This document shows, piece by piece, positions 1-11,800 of a DNA stretch of 28,121 nt. The DNA lies in contig NW_005201298.1 in NCBI RefSeq assembly GCF_000372725.1, positions 373,393 to 401,513 of the forward strand, read 5' to 3'. This DNA is from Emiliania huxleyi CCMP1516. Lineage: Eukaryota. Each line of letters starts with the position of its first letter. Position 1 is the first letter of the stretch. The position numbers and the translations under genes are program-made. A model generated the notes under the pieces. That model had not been told where the DNA came from. It made no database searches and worked only from the letters and a program-made list of their open reading frames with translations.

Positions 1-167
1 CGCTCGGCGGAGGCACCGACGCAGTCGGCGAGCGCCACCGACTGCACGCGGCCTGTCGACGTCAGCGGCACGTACTGGACGACCTGCCACGACACGTCGA
101 GCCGCCCGCCGCCCGTCTCCTCGCTCAGGAGAGCGGTGTTGCTGAGGAGGAGCTCCTCCGCGCTCAT
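1..167 (-). CDS. 5' part of an unknown protein running off the window edge (MSAEELLLSNTALLSEETGGGRLDVSWQVVQYVPLTSTGRVQSVALADCVG...)
   Basis: ATG at 167-165 and an open frame to position 1 with strong GC3 codon bias; not in the ORF track because there is no stop in the window. Confidence 0.55.
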   Translation of the reverse strand, partial: MSAEELLLSNTALLSEETGGGRLDVSWQVVQYVPLTSTGRVQSVALADCVGASAE

Positions 168-311
168 TGAGTTGAGGTGCCGCAGCTTTGCGCGCAAGCT
201 CTGATACAAGAAACGCGAACTGAAGAGAGAGAGGACGCGAGAATAGCTCCGCCGTTCATGGAGGCAACCGATGCGAGTCGACTGGTGTGTGTCGTCGTGG
301 TTTCGTATCAA

Positions 312-315
<4 letters not shown>

Positions 316-343
<28 letters not shown>
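316..343. repeat. (CT)n microsatellite
   Basis: Direct reading. Confidence 0.95.
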
Positions 344-1479
344 GCGAACTGAACTGGAGTAGTCCCCTGCGCTCCCCGCTCCCGTTCCCCTGTGTCCCTG
401 ATCGTCCTTACAAGATCCTGCTCGTGCAGGTGGGGACCTTGTCCTTCCCCCACCCCTCGTTTGGCGTGCCCGTTTTATCCACAGATTTATTTATTTATGC
501 AGTGACGTCATCCCTGACAAAACAAATCGCGCGCGCGTGAACAGGGCCGTGTGTGAGATGTGGATTGTGGCAGGCTGCTGCTGCTGATGGGAAGTGTGCT
601 CTGTGTGTGGCGCTGCGCTGGCGTGCGACGCGCGCGTGCTGTGTACGTGTGCGTGTTGCGGTCGCGCGCGCGTCTGCGTGTGCTGCGCGCGCGCTGCCGG
701 TGTGTGCACTGTGTGCTGTATTCTGTTGTGCGCCCTGTTTGTGCAGCTGGGAGGCGCAGGCTTGGCTGGCAGGGCTGCGCGGTGGGCTGCGGCGCGCTGC
801 GGGTGTTCGTGCGCCTGCCTGGTGGTGTGCGGCGGCCGCGCAGCCCGCCCGACCGGGTCGTCGGCGGCCCAGGGCGCGGGCATGCGGTCTGCGCTGCATG
901 TGAGGCTGTGTGCGCGGCTGGCGCGTATGTTTCCGTGCGGCGAGGGACGCGCGTATGTGTTCACGCTGCGGGCGCGGGCGGGCGCGGAGGGCGGCGCGGT
1001 CTCACCGCGGTCCGACGCCCGTTGGTTTTCTGCGTGACGAGGCGGGCGCGCAAAGTGGCCTTGCCGCCATCGCGTTGCCGAAGGAAAAAGAATCCCTCGC
1101 GAGACGTGCAGACAGGGTTGCCAGGTGAGAGCGAATGGCGCGGTTCACGCCTCGCACAACAGAGAGAGAGATGCGCTCTGCATGGTGGGACATGAAAGAG
1201 AGCGAGTACTTGGGCGAGTAGGCCGTGCGGTCGACGCTAGGGTTAGTGTTGTTTTTGTGTTACGAGTATATGTAGTGCCAGTCAGTCCCAACGCAGAATT
1301 CTTTTTGCGTGGTGTACCTGTGTTAGTGCCAGTGCGCGCCAAAAAAAAGAAAGAAAACAGACAACCCAAGGGAGGGATGGGAGGACGCGCGCCAGTCCCT
1401 GCCAACTTCCAATTTGTTGTGTGAATCGAGCTCACTAATTAGCAAAACAACACGTCTCGCGCGCGCGTGAACAGGGCCC

Positions 1480-2114
1480 ATGTGCACAACGGACGCGTCG
1501 CACCCGTTCTCGCCTCCGCCGGAGACGAAGGGGCGGTGCGGCCCGCCGCGCACGCTGTCGTAGAGCAGTCGGGGAGGGCCCTCGACGCGCACGTCCGGCA
1601 TGCGCATCGCCCTCGTCTCCGCGCTGATGCGCTGCCCCATCTCCTGCTGCGAGCCGAGGGCGGCCTTCACGATGAGCAGCTGCACGCGGCTCCCGCCCGA
1701 GCCGGAGATGCGGTGCGCGTACCGGCCGCCGATCGGGTAGGACGGGTCCTCCGCAAGGTAGATGCCCTGGCCGTAAAAGCCGCCGTTCGAGAAGCGCGGG
1801 TCGAGCCCGTTCTGATGCGCGAGCACATCCTCCGCCGCCCGCTCCGCCGTGCCGTGGAAGAGGAGCATCTCGTTGCTGACGTCGCCGCCGGCGCAAGTGT
1901 GGACGAGCTGGTCGTCGCGATAGTTGGCGTACGCGCGCCACAGCAGCTTGTTCTGCACGCGCTGCACGCGGCTCAGCTTTGCGCTCGGGCAGCTCCGCGC
2001 CAGCAGCGTCTTGATGAGGAGCGCCTCGTTGCTCTGCATCGAGAGCGGGACAAGCTTCGACTCGGTCGGGCCGCCGTCGCCGCCGCCGGGGCCCCACTCG
2101 TCGGGGAACGTCAT
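1480..2114 (-). pseudogene. PARP/ART catalytic-domain gene (macro/zinc-finger mono-ART type), 3'-truncated at motif A
   Basis: RVQRVQN, LFHGT, GFYGQGIYLA and LYDSV motifs; the expected final VVF..Q.YP.Y strand is replaced by motif A sequence (GPVHARAR). Confidence 0.8.
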
Positions 2115-2571
2115 CGGCAAAGGCGTGCCTCGCGGCGCGGAGCGGCGGGGTTTTCGGTCGAGTGCGGCTTATCGAATTCTTCTTTTTGAGAGCGCCTTCG
2201 TTGTTAATAGTACAAACCCAATGGTCTCTTCTTCCCTCTTTGGCTCTTCTAACCTGAGTTTTAGGTATATTGTCTTCGAACCTGAGTGCTGTGCGAGACA
2301 TTTGTTTTTAATGTTCCAGTCTTAGCAAGCAAAAAGGAGCACACACGACTCAGCAAGTCCGCACCAGCGACTGCCACTCGCCTAACCATGCCTCGTCACA
2401 AGTGCCAAACAAACAGAACAAACAGAACAAACAACTGTCTGCACGTCTCGCGCGCGCGTGAACAGGGCCATCTCTCTCTCTCGGAATTATAATGTGAAAG
2501 ATGTGACCGATCGATCTTCGTGTGGTGGGCAAGCACGCGTTTGACACGTCTCGCGCGCGCGTGAACAGGGC

Positions 2572-3780
2572 GTGGCAGCAAACCACATCGGCATCGTCGC
2601 CGCTGCTGGCATGAACGAAGGAGCTGCTGTGTTGCACGGGTCCAGCGGACTGCCGATCGAGCTCCTCGAGACACGCGACAGTCGAGGTCGCTCTCTGTGC
2701 AGCGTTTGCAGTAGTAGCTAGCGACGCGTCCTGCAAATGAGCAGCAGCCTCTGGCGGCAGTAGTGCTAGCAGCGCGCGGACGATGTGGAGGTGCCGCTCG
2801 TTGACGAAGGAGAGAGTACGCATCCACCACCCGCCCTTCGGCGCCGCCTGAACCACTAGTGGCTGCCCCTCAACGCCTATGTCGACACGCCTTCCCCACG
2901 AGAGAATGTACTCGGCGATGAGAGCCTCTCCCTCGCCGCACGCAAAGAATGCCCGCACATCGTCGCGCGTCCAAAATCTGACAGTCCCATCGGTCGTGAG
3001 CGCAAGCCATCCGTCAAAAAGGCCAACACGAGGCTCCACCATCGCCTCCAGCCGCTTCGACCCAGGCTGAAAGCTCGCAATCTGGGCAAGGACAGCGCTG
3101 GCATAGCCGGCGCTGCCCGGCGTCTGCGCAACAGCCAGAGCGACAGGCTGCTCTTTTCCCTGCACACTTTTGAGTCTCCGACCATACGCGGTGCGCTGTG
3201 CGTTGGCTGAGAGGGCTGCGACCTCGGCTGGACTTGCATATGGCGTCATCTCCCTGACGCTCGACGCGCATCTGCTGCAGGACGTGGCCGAGTTGTGGTT
3301 GACAACGTCTCTGCAATGCCGACACAGCCACCACTCCAGCCGCAGCTGCGGCATTGTGCGCCATTCGGCGGCCGACGGTATCTGACCGCGCTGCGCTCGC
3401 AGCTGCAAAGACACCGCCGCAAATGCCGCCGGACCCGCATCCGGAAGAGCCAGGATTCCAGCTGCCGTCGATGCTCCATCGCCCGCAACAAGCGTGCGAT
3501 GCTGCGTCACTGCGCCACGAGGCGCAGCAACCTCGACCTGGGTGTTGCTCGGGTCCGCAACGCCCACGGGGCGAATGCGATTGCCTGGCCCTATCGCCAA
3601 ACGGCTCTGCTCCTCCTCTTGTCTGGCAGCAAACGCAAGCTGCGGCACAGGCCGCGTTGGCGCAGAGGAGGCGGCAAGCCTCAACGCGCCTACCCGTGGC
3701 ATGCCGCCGGATCGGGCCACGACTAAGGCTGCAGGATTCGGCCCCGCCTGCTGCGAGTGCCCTCCCGTTGCGGTGTCCAT
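2572..3780 (-). CDS. Hypothetical protein with a RanBP2-like C4 zinc finger; reading frame runs into motif A
   Basis: Long ORF (track 2350..3933) with first ATG at 3780; WLCRHCRDVVNHNSATSCSRC resembles W-x-C-x2-C-x3-N-x6-C-x2-C with one extra residue. Confidence 0.45.
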
Positions 3781-3912
3781 TTTGCGTGCAGTGGGACTAC
3801 AACTGTAGCGCGTCGGCAGGATCCCCAAAACCGTATAAGCCCCCCAAATTGAATTCGACCGCCCAAAGCCGTCCCCCCCCCCGCAAACTCTAAACCACCA
3901 TAAACTACACAA

Positions 3913-4121
3913 AACAGGGGCTCCAGGCCCCAAATGACGTGTGAGTGTTAGAGTTGTTTGGTATTGCTAAAAATCTCTCTCTCTGAGACGGCAAACCGCG
4001 CCATTCGCTCTCACCTGGCAACCCTGTCTGCACGTCTCGCGCGCGCGCGTGAACAGGGCTCCAGGCCCCAAATGATGTGTGAGTGTTAGAGTTGTTTGGT
4101 ATGCTAAAAATCTCTCTCTCT
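3913..4121 (+). repeat. About 70 bp direct duplication (3913-3984 / 4052-4121) bracketing the longest motif A copy
   Basis: AACAGGG(G)CTCCAGGCCCCAAATGAyGTGTGAGTGTTAGAGTTGTTTGGTAT(T)GCTAAAAATCTCTCTCTCT occurs twice. Confidence 0.9.
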
Positions 4122-4969
4122 CTCTCGAGGTTCTCGAGGTGGATATCCTTTGGCCGCGTTGGGTAGCGAGGATTGGTGTGACGCGATCCACGCAGGCGTG
4201 GTTTCTGACGGCCGACCGTCCTCAGTGCACGGAGTTGCCCCTTCTCCGACTGCCCCGGCTAGTTCCCGAGGTCGCGCGGGGCTGACCCCTGCGTCCCCCG
4301 AGACCTAGCGCGGGTGGGTTGGAGGGGGCTCGCTGCAGGGAAGGGCTGTGTAAGAAGCCGATCCCCGTAGTCCGCCCCGCTCCTCCCCATCGGGCCGCAT
4401 AAGCGGCCGCGCCTCGCAGATTCGTTTCTCGCGCCTGGGTCAGGCGCGCGGGGCATCCCCCGGGTACCTCGATGAGGTGACTTGGACCACTAAGAATTGG
4501 CTGGGGCTGCAGAAGCAGCGTATCTCGGTCGTCTATCACACGGCAATCGCAGAGCAGGTTGTTTGTGAATGAGCTTGCCTCATGGCGGGGGCGGGCGGGT
4601 GCACGGAGCTTTTAAGTGCCTCGCCGCCCTCGCAGGAGTCCCCCCTCGGAGGGGGCCGGACGAGGCGTACCCCGAGGGCCCCACTCATTCCTTCGCATAG
4701 CGGCCACTCTTCGGATCGCTGGTCGAGCGACCCGGGGGATGCCCCGGCGCGCCTGACCCAGGCGCGAAAACGAATCTGCGAGGCGCGGCCGCTTATGCGG
4801 CCCGATGGGGAGGAGCGGGACGGACTACGGGGATCGGCTTCTTACACAGCCCTTCCCTGCAGCGAGCCCCCTCCAACCCACCCGCGCTAGGTCTCGGGGG
4901 ACGCAGGGGTCAGCCCCGCGCGACCTCGGGAACTAGCCGGGGCAGTCGGAGAAGGGGCAACTCCGTGCA
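4121..4969. repeat. Two opposed copies of repeat family C forming a 240 bp inverted repeat (4226-4465 / 4730-4969)
   Basis: Near-perfect reverse complements; 4121-4465 is also the reverse complement of about 17128-17430, and 4639-4969 matches 17037-17326 directly. Confidence 0.92.
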
Positions 4970-5202
4970 TCTCTCTCTGAGACGGCCGTTCCGGGCATTT
5001 GAACGCGACCTTCGGGGGCAAAGACATCGGCTCTATGGCTCAGACTGGACTCATCTTGGTCCCTTCTGATGCCCTAGGCCACACCTGGGCCTTACTTGGA
5101 GCTCTAGGGGGTGGGCAGGGTTTCCCCCTGCTCCCCGGTGGGAAAAATTCTTTTACGTTGTCTACAGCGTCTTAAAGGACTTGAAAGCAGGTCGACGAGT
5201 CA

Positions 5203-6489
5203 ATGACCGTGGTGGACACGCCTCAAGCCGCGCGCCCGAACCCGTTCGCCGAGGCAGCGCCCGACCAGCAGGTGGGCCCGCACCGAGCCCTGCCGAGCGT
5301 CTCTCGAGAGGGCGAGCGCCGAGGCGAGCCGGCGGACGATCATGACGTGACCGACAATATGTGGTGGCAACACCCCTGGCGGCGTCCGCCGCCGTCGCCG
5401 CCCCAGCGGACGTTTGCGCCGCAGCGGACGATGATACAGCGGCTGGCGGCAGCGACGCTTGCCCCGCCGCTCGTCTCCGCCACCTCCTCGGGCAACTCGG
5501 TTGGATCCGAGCACTCCGACCGTCACAGTGCTCGCTCCGCCACCTCTGACGGGACGGTCGACTCAGCAAAAGCGAGCACCGTCGCGTCGCTCTCCGAGTT
5601 CAGCGGCTACTTGACGCGTGGCGGTGGCAGGCGGGGCGGCGCCGTGCATGAGCATGCGCCGGAGCCGCTACTCGGCGACGGAGCGAGCGAGCGCGACTCT
5701 GTCCTCTCTGTCCGGTCGGGCGACCGCTGCTCGTGTGACGGCGAGCACGGTGCCACAGCCGCGCCGCCGGACGCCGCGTCCACAAAGGCGCTGGCGGCGC
5801 TGGAGCTGGCGCAGCAAACCCGCGGGATGAGGCTCGTACCAACGCGGCGCAGCCCTAGATTCCACCTGCCGACTCGCCCCCTCACCATCTTGTGCGTTGA
5901 GCTGTGATAGGCTCCTCAAGATGAAGGAGCGAAGAGGAGCTGCGCCTGCGGCGCCAGCCGCCACCGAGCCCAGCGCCGATGCGGGGGCGGCAGGGGGCCT
6001 GGCCGACTGCCACGAGGCTGCCGACGAGGCTGTTTCCGAGGCTGCCCCGCCCCGCGCGGCTTCCTCCGTCCGGGTCGGGGCGCGGGCATGGCGGGCGGCG
6101 GCGAGCGCGAGCGCCACCGCAGCGCGGAGTGCGGCGCGGAGTGCGGCGCGGAGTGCGGCGCGGCGCGGCGCTGACTTGCGGCGCGGCGCTGACTTGCGGC
6201 GGCGTCGGAGTGGTGTGGCAGCTCCGGAGCCGGTTGACGGCGAGTCGGGCGGTGGCTCGGACGGGGACGGCGACACTCCCTCCCCGCGGCTGCCGGCGGC
6301 AGATTGGACGGTCCAGTGGCTCGCTTCTGCGGATGCGCTGAGGAGGAGCGGCGGCGGCTTGGTGGTTGGCGGCGTGTCTTCGGGAGACCTGTCGGGAGAG
6401 GACGGGTCGTGGGAGTGGGACCCGAGTCGCTGCTCGATGCGTCTGAGCGAGCGGGCGGAGGAGGAGGACGACGAGGAGGAGGACGAGGG

Positions 6490-6525
<36 letters not shown>

Positions 6526-7486
6526 CGGGTCTGTGCAGGAGTTTGCGGCGCCCCCCCTCGCGGGAGAGGCTCTCCCTCTCCTCGATGACGCGGAGGTGGC
6601 GCCAGGAAGCGCGGCGCAGGCCCCGCCCCTCTTGCCCCTCACCCACATCTCCGCCCTCATCCGCGCTCCATACGCGCCTCCGCAGCGCCAAGGAGGCCGC
6701 GGCGCCCCGCCCGTGGCAGACGGCGACCACGCCGCCGCCGCCGCCGCCCCCGCCGCCGCCACAGCTGCTGCCGCCCCTGCTGCTACTCCACGGTCCTCTC
6801 GCCGCGTCGCCGCCGCCGCAGCCGCCGCCGCCGCCGCCGCAGCCAGCAAGACGCGTCGCCTCAGTGCGCGATTGCGCCGCCGGCTGGCGCGCCGGAGCCA
6901 GCAAGGCAGCCGCACTGAGCCGACCTCCCCGGGACCGAGCTGCACAGAGAAAGAGCCTGCCGCCGCCGCCGCCGCCTCTCCGCAGGGGCGGCGCTTCCTT
7001 GGGCGGGCTCGCGCCGCCACGCTGAGGGCGCGAGCGGGCGACGCGGATTGGGGCTGCGAGCAGGGTGAGCCGTCGCCCCCCGCCACTGCAGTGACGGCCG
7101 ACCTCGTCGAGTGGCGCATGCTCATGTCGAGCGACAGCGACTCCTCCCCCGCCCGCCCGCCGCCACCCCCGAGGGCGTCGCAAGCGCTGCGTCGCGCACG
7201 TGACGCGCTGGCGAGGCGGCACGCAGGCGACGCCGGCAGCAAGAGCGGCGGTGGCGGCGCCGAAGCGCCACCGCCACCGCCGGTGTGGAGTGCGGAGCAG
7301 AGTTGGGACTGGAACCGCAGCGGGGGCTGGGACAGCAGCCGGAGCGGGGGATGGTTCCTCAGCAGCGGGGGCTGGGACAGCAGCGGGGGAGGCGTCGCTG
7401 TGGCCCCTCTCTTGCGGGGGCGGACGCACGTCCCGGCGCGAGGAGCCGGTCACGACGCCGCGAGCGAAGCAGCGGACCTGGCATAG
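5203..7486 (+). CDS. Low-complexity Ala/Glu/Pro-rich hypothetical protein, probably two exons (5203-5831, 5911-7486)
   Basis: Two long ORFs join in frame through a GC-AG intron at 5832-5910 (ATGAG|GCTC...GATAG|GCTC); acidic tract and C-terminal SGGWDS repeats; no recognisable domain. Confidence 0.5.
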
Positions 7487-8631
7487 CGCATAGGACACCT
7501 GGTGTGCAGGAATGGCGAATGCGCAGGTCTCAAAATATATAGATATAAATGCTTTTATTTTTTCCGTGGACCGTGCCGCGTGCGGCGTGGGGCGTGGCGC
7601 GCGCGCGTGCCCCGTGCGGGTGCGCGGGCCGCGGCGTGCTTTCTACATTTTCTAGCATGTAGGGGCCGGCCCAGCTCGCGAATCGATTTTTTCTACGGGG
7701 TGTGGACCCTGAGTTGACCAGGGGTTGTGCGCCGGGCCCTCCTGCTCGGCTCCAGCGAGTAGACAAGTCTTGTCATCAACAGAGTAGAAGGATCTGACCT
7801 CGGGGCCGATGTGACCAAGCGCTGGTAGCGTGGTTTTGACCTCACACCCATGGTCTCACAGTGTGCCGGCAGTCGCCGAGCAGTGTCGCTCACACAAGCC
7901 GCAGCACAAGTGACTGACTGAGGGCCAGTGAGGGCGAGCCCATCGCTGTCACAGCTGTGGCAGCCGCACAGTAGGCTGTGTCAACTGTGCAGAGTGTGTG
8001 AGCAGCAGAGGAGCTGCTCTCCAGGCTTCTGTCGCAAAGAGCTGCATGCCACCGAAAGCGCTGTCGAGGTTCGCCGAGCGCGGCGCAGGTTGGGGGAAGC
8101 CGCCACCGACGAGCGCGTTGGAGTATTCACTCCGGACAAAGACGGGCACACAGCGGACGGTGCGGGGGCGTGTGCCCGTCATAGCGGCGAGGCGCGGGAC
8201 CGTCTGTGGCGAAGTGGGTCGCGTCCCTCGATTTCCTCAACTCACGGTCCGCTCCCTCTAACAGTAACCACACGTTCCGACGTTCTAGCATCTCGGGCGT
8301 ATATAGGGGCCCGTCTCCGTCGTGCGTATACAATAGCGCGGTATGTTCTATATACCGTGCGTACTCGCTCAAGCCTCAACACGCACACCACCTCCCGGCT
8401 CACCAGAGCAAAACACCGTACGCGCAACCCGACCCGACCCGAACCCCCCCCCCCCCCCCCCAGTGGCACACCGGGTCCATGTGACAATCGCCCTCCCCCC
8501 CCTTCCTCCCCCGGGGGTCGACTCGTTGTGTGGTTGTCGACGCTGCGCCAGCGGTCAAGCCGGCCACTGCATCGCTCGCTCAGTCACAATGGAGGGTCCC
8601 CGCGAGGCCCTCTAAAGGCAGCCTCTTCGCC

Positions 8632-8800
8632 TCACGACGTGGAGAAGGACGCGCGCAGCTTGCCGAACCCGGAGGCGAAGAAGCCGGAGCGGTTCGCCGA
8701 GGACTGCGAGGAAGACCTAGCCAGAGGAGCGGCCGTCTCTCAGCCGTGAGTGAGTGTGTGTGTGTGTGTGTGTGTGTGTTTTGTGTGTGTGTGTGTGTGT

Positions 8801-8841
<41 letters not shown>

Positions 8842-11800
8842 CTCGCGCGTGCAGCGGCGACACCGCCGCCCTCGCCGGTGAGGCTCCGGCGGGGTCGGGA
8901 GAGGAAGCCGGAGCCGCTGGGGCGGCGTGCGTCGCCGCGAGTCGCAGCTGCCGGCGGAGGCATGCGCAAGGCATGCACAGGCTGGCACGGGGGAGCCTCG
9001 GCGCGCGCCGCAGCCGACGGCTTTGGAGAGGGGGCAGAGGCTTCGGTCAACGAATCGCGGTCGCGGTTCGACGCGTCGCGCAGCGGAAGCTTCACCGCCG
9101 GAGCGGGCGCCGCGTCCGTCGCCCGGACAGTCTCACCAGCCGCCGCCCCGGCCGCCTCGACGGTTGAGCTCGGAGGAGCGACCGCTGGAGCAGCAGGAGC
9201 CTCCCCCGACGTTGCGGCTCCTGCCGGCTTGGCCGCCACTGGCGGCTTGGCCGCCGCTGCCGGCTTGGCGGTCGCTGCCGGCTTCGCCGCACCAGCGATC
9301 GTGCGCTGGAGCAAGCGCTGGGCCGCCTCGGCCGCCGCCGCGCCCACGGGGGCGCAGACGGCGGCGTGCTCCTCGAGCGCGTCGACCCACTGCTTGGCTT
9401 GCTGCCTGGCGAAGGGCCGGTGCTCTGCGCCTTTGAGGGCGAGCTCGTCGGAGCCCGCCAGCAGGCGCTGCTGCTGGGAGCGCCCTCCGGCGGGCATGCT
9501 CAGCCCGATGCCGAAGAGGTCGCAGATCTGCATGTCGAGGCGCCGGACACCGTCGAAGGTTGCCTGCGGCAAGCGGGGGCGGCGGGTCGGGGCCGCTCCC
9601 AGAGAGGGGGGGGGGGGGGGGCGGTGGTAAAGGCCCCTTGCCTCCACGCGCGCGCGGGCGCAGCTCGAAGCACGAGTCCGCGATGACCTGTAGGGAGGTC
9701 CCGGCAGGTTCAGAAACGTGCCAGGCAGCTCGTATCACGAGTCCTGCGACTCTGCGAGGACCTCGAAAGAGGTCGGGCTGCGCTTGGTCAGGGCGAATCT
9801 GCCGATACTGCGGGAGTCTTTCAGGTCGCGCGTGAGGTCCCGCCCGTGCCGCACGCAGAGCGAAGCGAGGGAGAGGGTCTCCTCGGTCCCGTCCTTGGCG
9901 CGGCGCCGCTCGTTGGCGAGCTGCTTCTGCCCGTCGGGGAGCGCCGAGCAGAGCCGCAGCTCCCCTCGCGCCAGAGTCCCCCAAAGGAAGGTCCACCGCA
10001 CCTTTGTCCCTTTGTGGGTCGAGCTCGCCCGCAAGACCCCGCCCTCAAACTCGCGCGCGACCAGGTCCGCAGTCCCGTCGAGTCGCAGCGGCGCCCGCGC
10101 AACCTCGGCGTGCAGCCGCCTCCACTCTCCCTCGCTCAACCGCGCGCGCACGCCGGCCGCGCCGCTCACCGCCGCAAGCCTCGAGGCGTCGAGCAGCGGC
10201 GCGCGCACGAGCAGCAGCGCCAGCGTCGCCATCGACTGCGCCTGTTGCTCGGCGGCGGCGGCCGGCGAGCCGGAGGAGAGAGCTCGGCCGACGGCGGCGA
10301 ATAGGCGGCCGATGCCGCGGTCGAGCGCCTCGGCCGGCTCGTCGGGCAAGGCGCAGACGGAGAGGGCCTTCGAGGGAGGGGGTCGCAAGTCGGCACTCGG
10401 CGAAAGGCGTGTGGCGGGGCGAAAGGAGGAACGGGGCGCCCGGCGGAGCGCCGCGCAGAACGGGCCCGGGTCGGCCGGCCGCAAGTGGGCGCCAAGCTCG
10501 AGGCGAGCGAGCAGCGCGTCGAGCAGCGCCTAGTCTCGGGGCAGCCTCGGATCATCTCGGGCAGCAGAAGCAGCGGCGTCGAGCAAAGCGCTGGCACCTC
10601 GACGGCCGGCTGCAGCCTGCCCCCTCGCCCCGCCTCCCGGCCGGCCGCCTCGTCGGACAAGTCGGCGGAGATCACCTTGCCCATCGCCACCCTCGCCGCG
10701 CTGCCGCCCTCTGCCACGAAGCGCGCGAGGTCGGCGTCCGCTCTGCCGGCGGCACGCGCGGCGGAGAGGAAGCGGAGCGGCGCGGCGCAGAAGGCGCGCC
10801 TGTCGGCCTCGCCGAGGGGCGGCAGCTATGGACACGTCGCGGAAATGTCACGGACACGTCGCGGATATGTCATGCCGCGGAAGAGCGGCACCGGGCAGTC
10901 GTGCGTGACGACGGCGCGGCCTCCGGGCAGGGGGCGGACGAGGGACGGCCGCTTGTGCGGGCTGAGCCCCATCGCGATGGTGCCGCCCAGCGACACTCCC
11001 AACGCGAGCTCCTCGGCGCGGGGCCTGAGAGGCGCCCCGGGGGGGGGCACTCTGAGGCGCGGCCCCTCTGCGCGCGCCGGCACGCCTCGGCGGGTGCGCG
11101 TGCGGCGGGTGATCTCGGGTGATCTCGGGTCGTTGTGGGCCATCGTCCGGCAGCAACCTCGGCAGCAACCTCGGCAGCAATCTCGGCAGCAATCTCGGCA
11201 GCAATCTCGGCGGAAGCACATGCGGCGGGTCGGCGACGTGGGCGTAGGGTCAGGGTTAGGGCTAGGGCTAGGGTTAGCACATGCGGCGGGTCGGCGACAA
11301 GGGCGTAGGCAGCGCCGAGAGGCCGCCGGACAGGGAGCGGCGCGCGGAGAGCTGGGCTTTCTCGACGGCATCGAGCACCTCGGGGGGGCGAAGTCGCGAG
11401 GTGACGCCAGATCGCCCTCCCTCGCTAGTCGATCACTAACGAGTGGCGCCTCGGCGTCGAGCTCGCGAGTGCTGCTGCGGCCACTGCCGCCGCCGCCGCC
11501 GCACCCGCCCGAGGAGGAGGAGGAGGAGGAGGCGGAGGGCTCGGCCGCACGACTGATCCGCAGCGGGGAAGGGCGCGGGCCGGCTGGCGCAGCTGCGGAC
11601 GGGGCCGGTCTGCCGGTGGAGGCGCGTCGCATCACGCGCACCCCCTTCGTGGGCTTCGCCTGTGCGGAGGGAAGCGGGTGTCGGGGGCGAGGCTGGCGGG
11701 GTGAGGAGGCGGGAAGAGCGAGGGCCGGCGGGGCAGGCTCGTCGATCTTGACGGTCGCGTCGAGCTTGAGGGTGGCCTAAGGGACGTGTCACGGACATGT

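Larger units (their letters stand above)
527..4059 (+). repeat. Dispersed motif A, core (CACGTC)TCGCGCGCGCGTGAACAGGGC, five direct copies: 527-548, 1451-1478, 2435-2469, 2545-2571, 3994-4059
   Basis: All five copies share the right end and differ in how far they extend left; an inverted partial copy lies at 1098-1145. Confidence 0.9.

Noticed and set aside
550..1000. Several overlapping ORFs on both strands
   Set aside because: TG/CG-rich low-complexity DNA that lacks stops; translations are Cys/Ala/Arg or His/Thr junk
527..4059. Motif A as a CRISPR array
   Set aside because: Spacers range from 75 to 1400 bp, there are no cas genes and the context is eukaryotic
5668..7498. Long minus-strand ORFs (524 and 538 aa)
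   Set aside because: Antisense shadows of the GC-rich plus-strand gene
7500..8530. Possible repeat element or small genes between two convergent genes
   Set aside because: No second copy in the window, no clear termini and no recognisable protein motif
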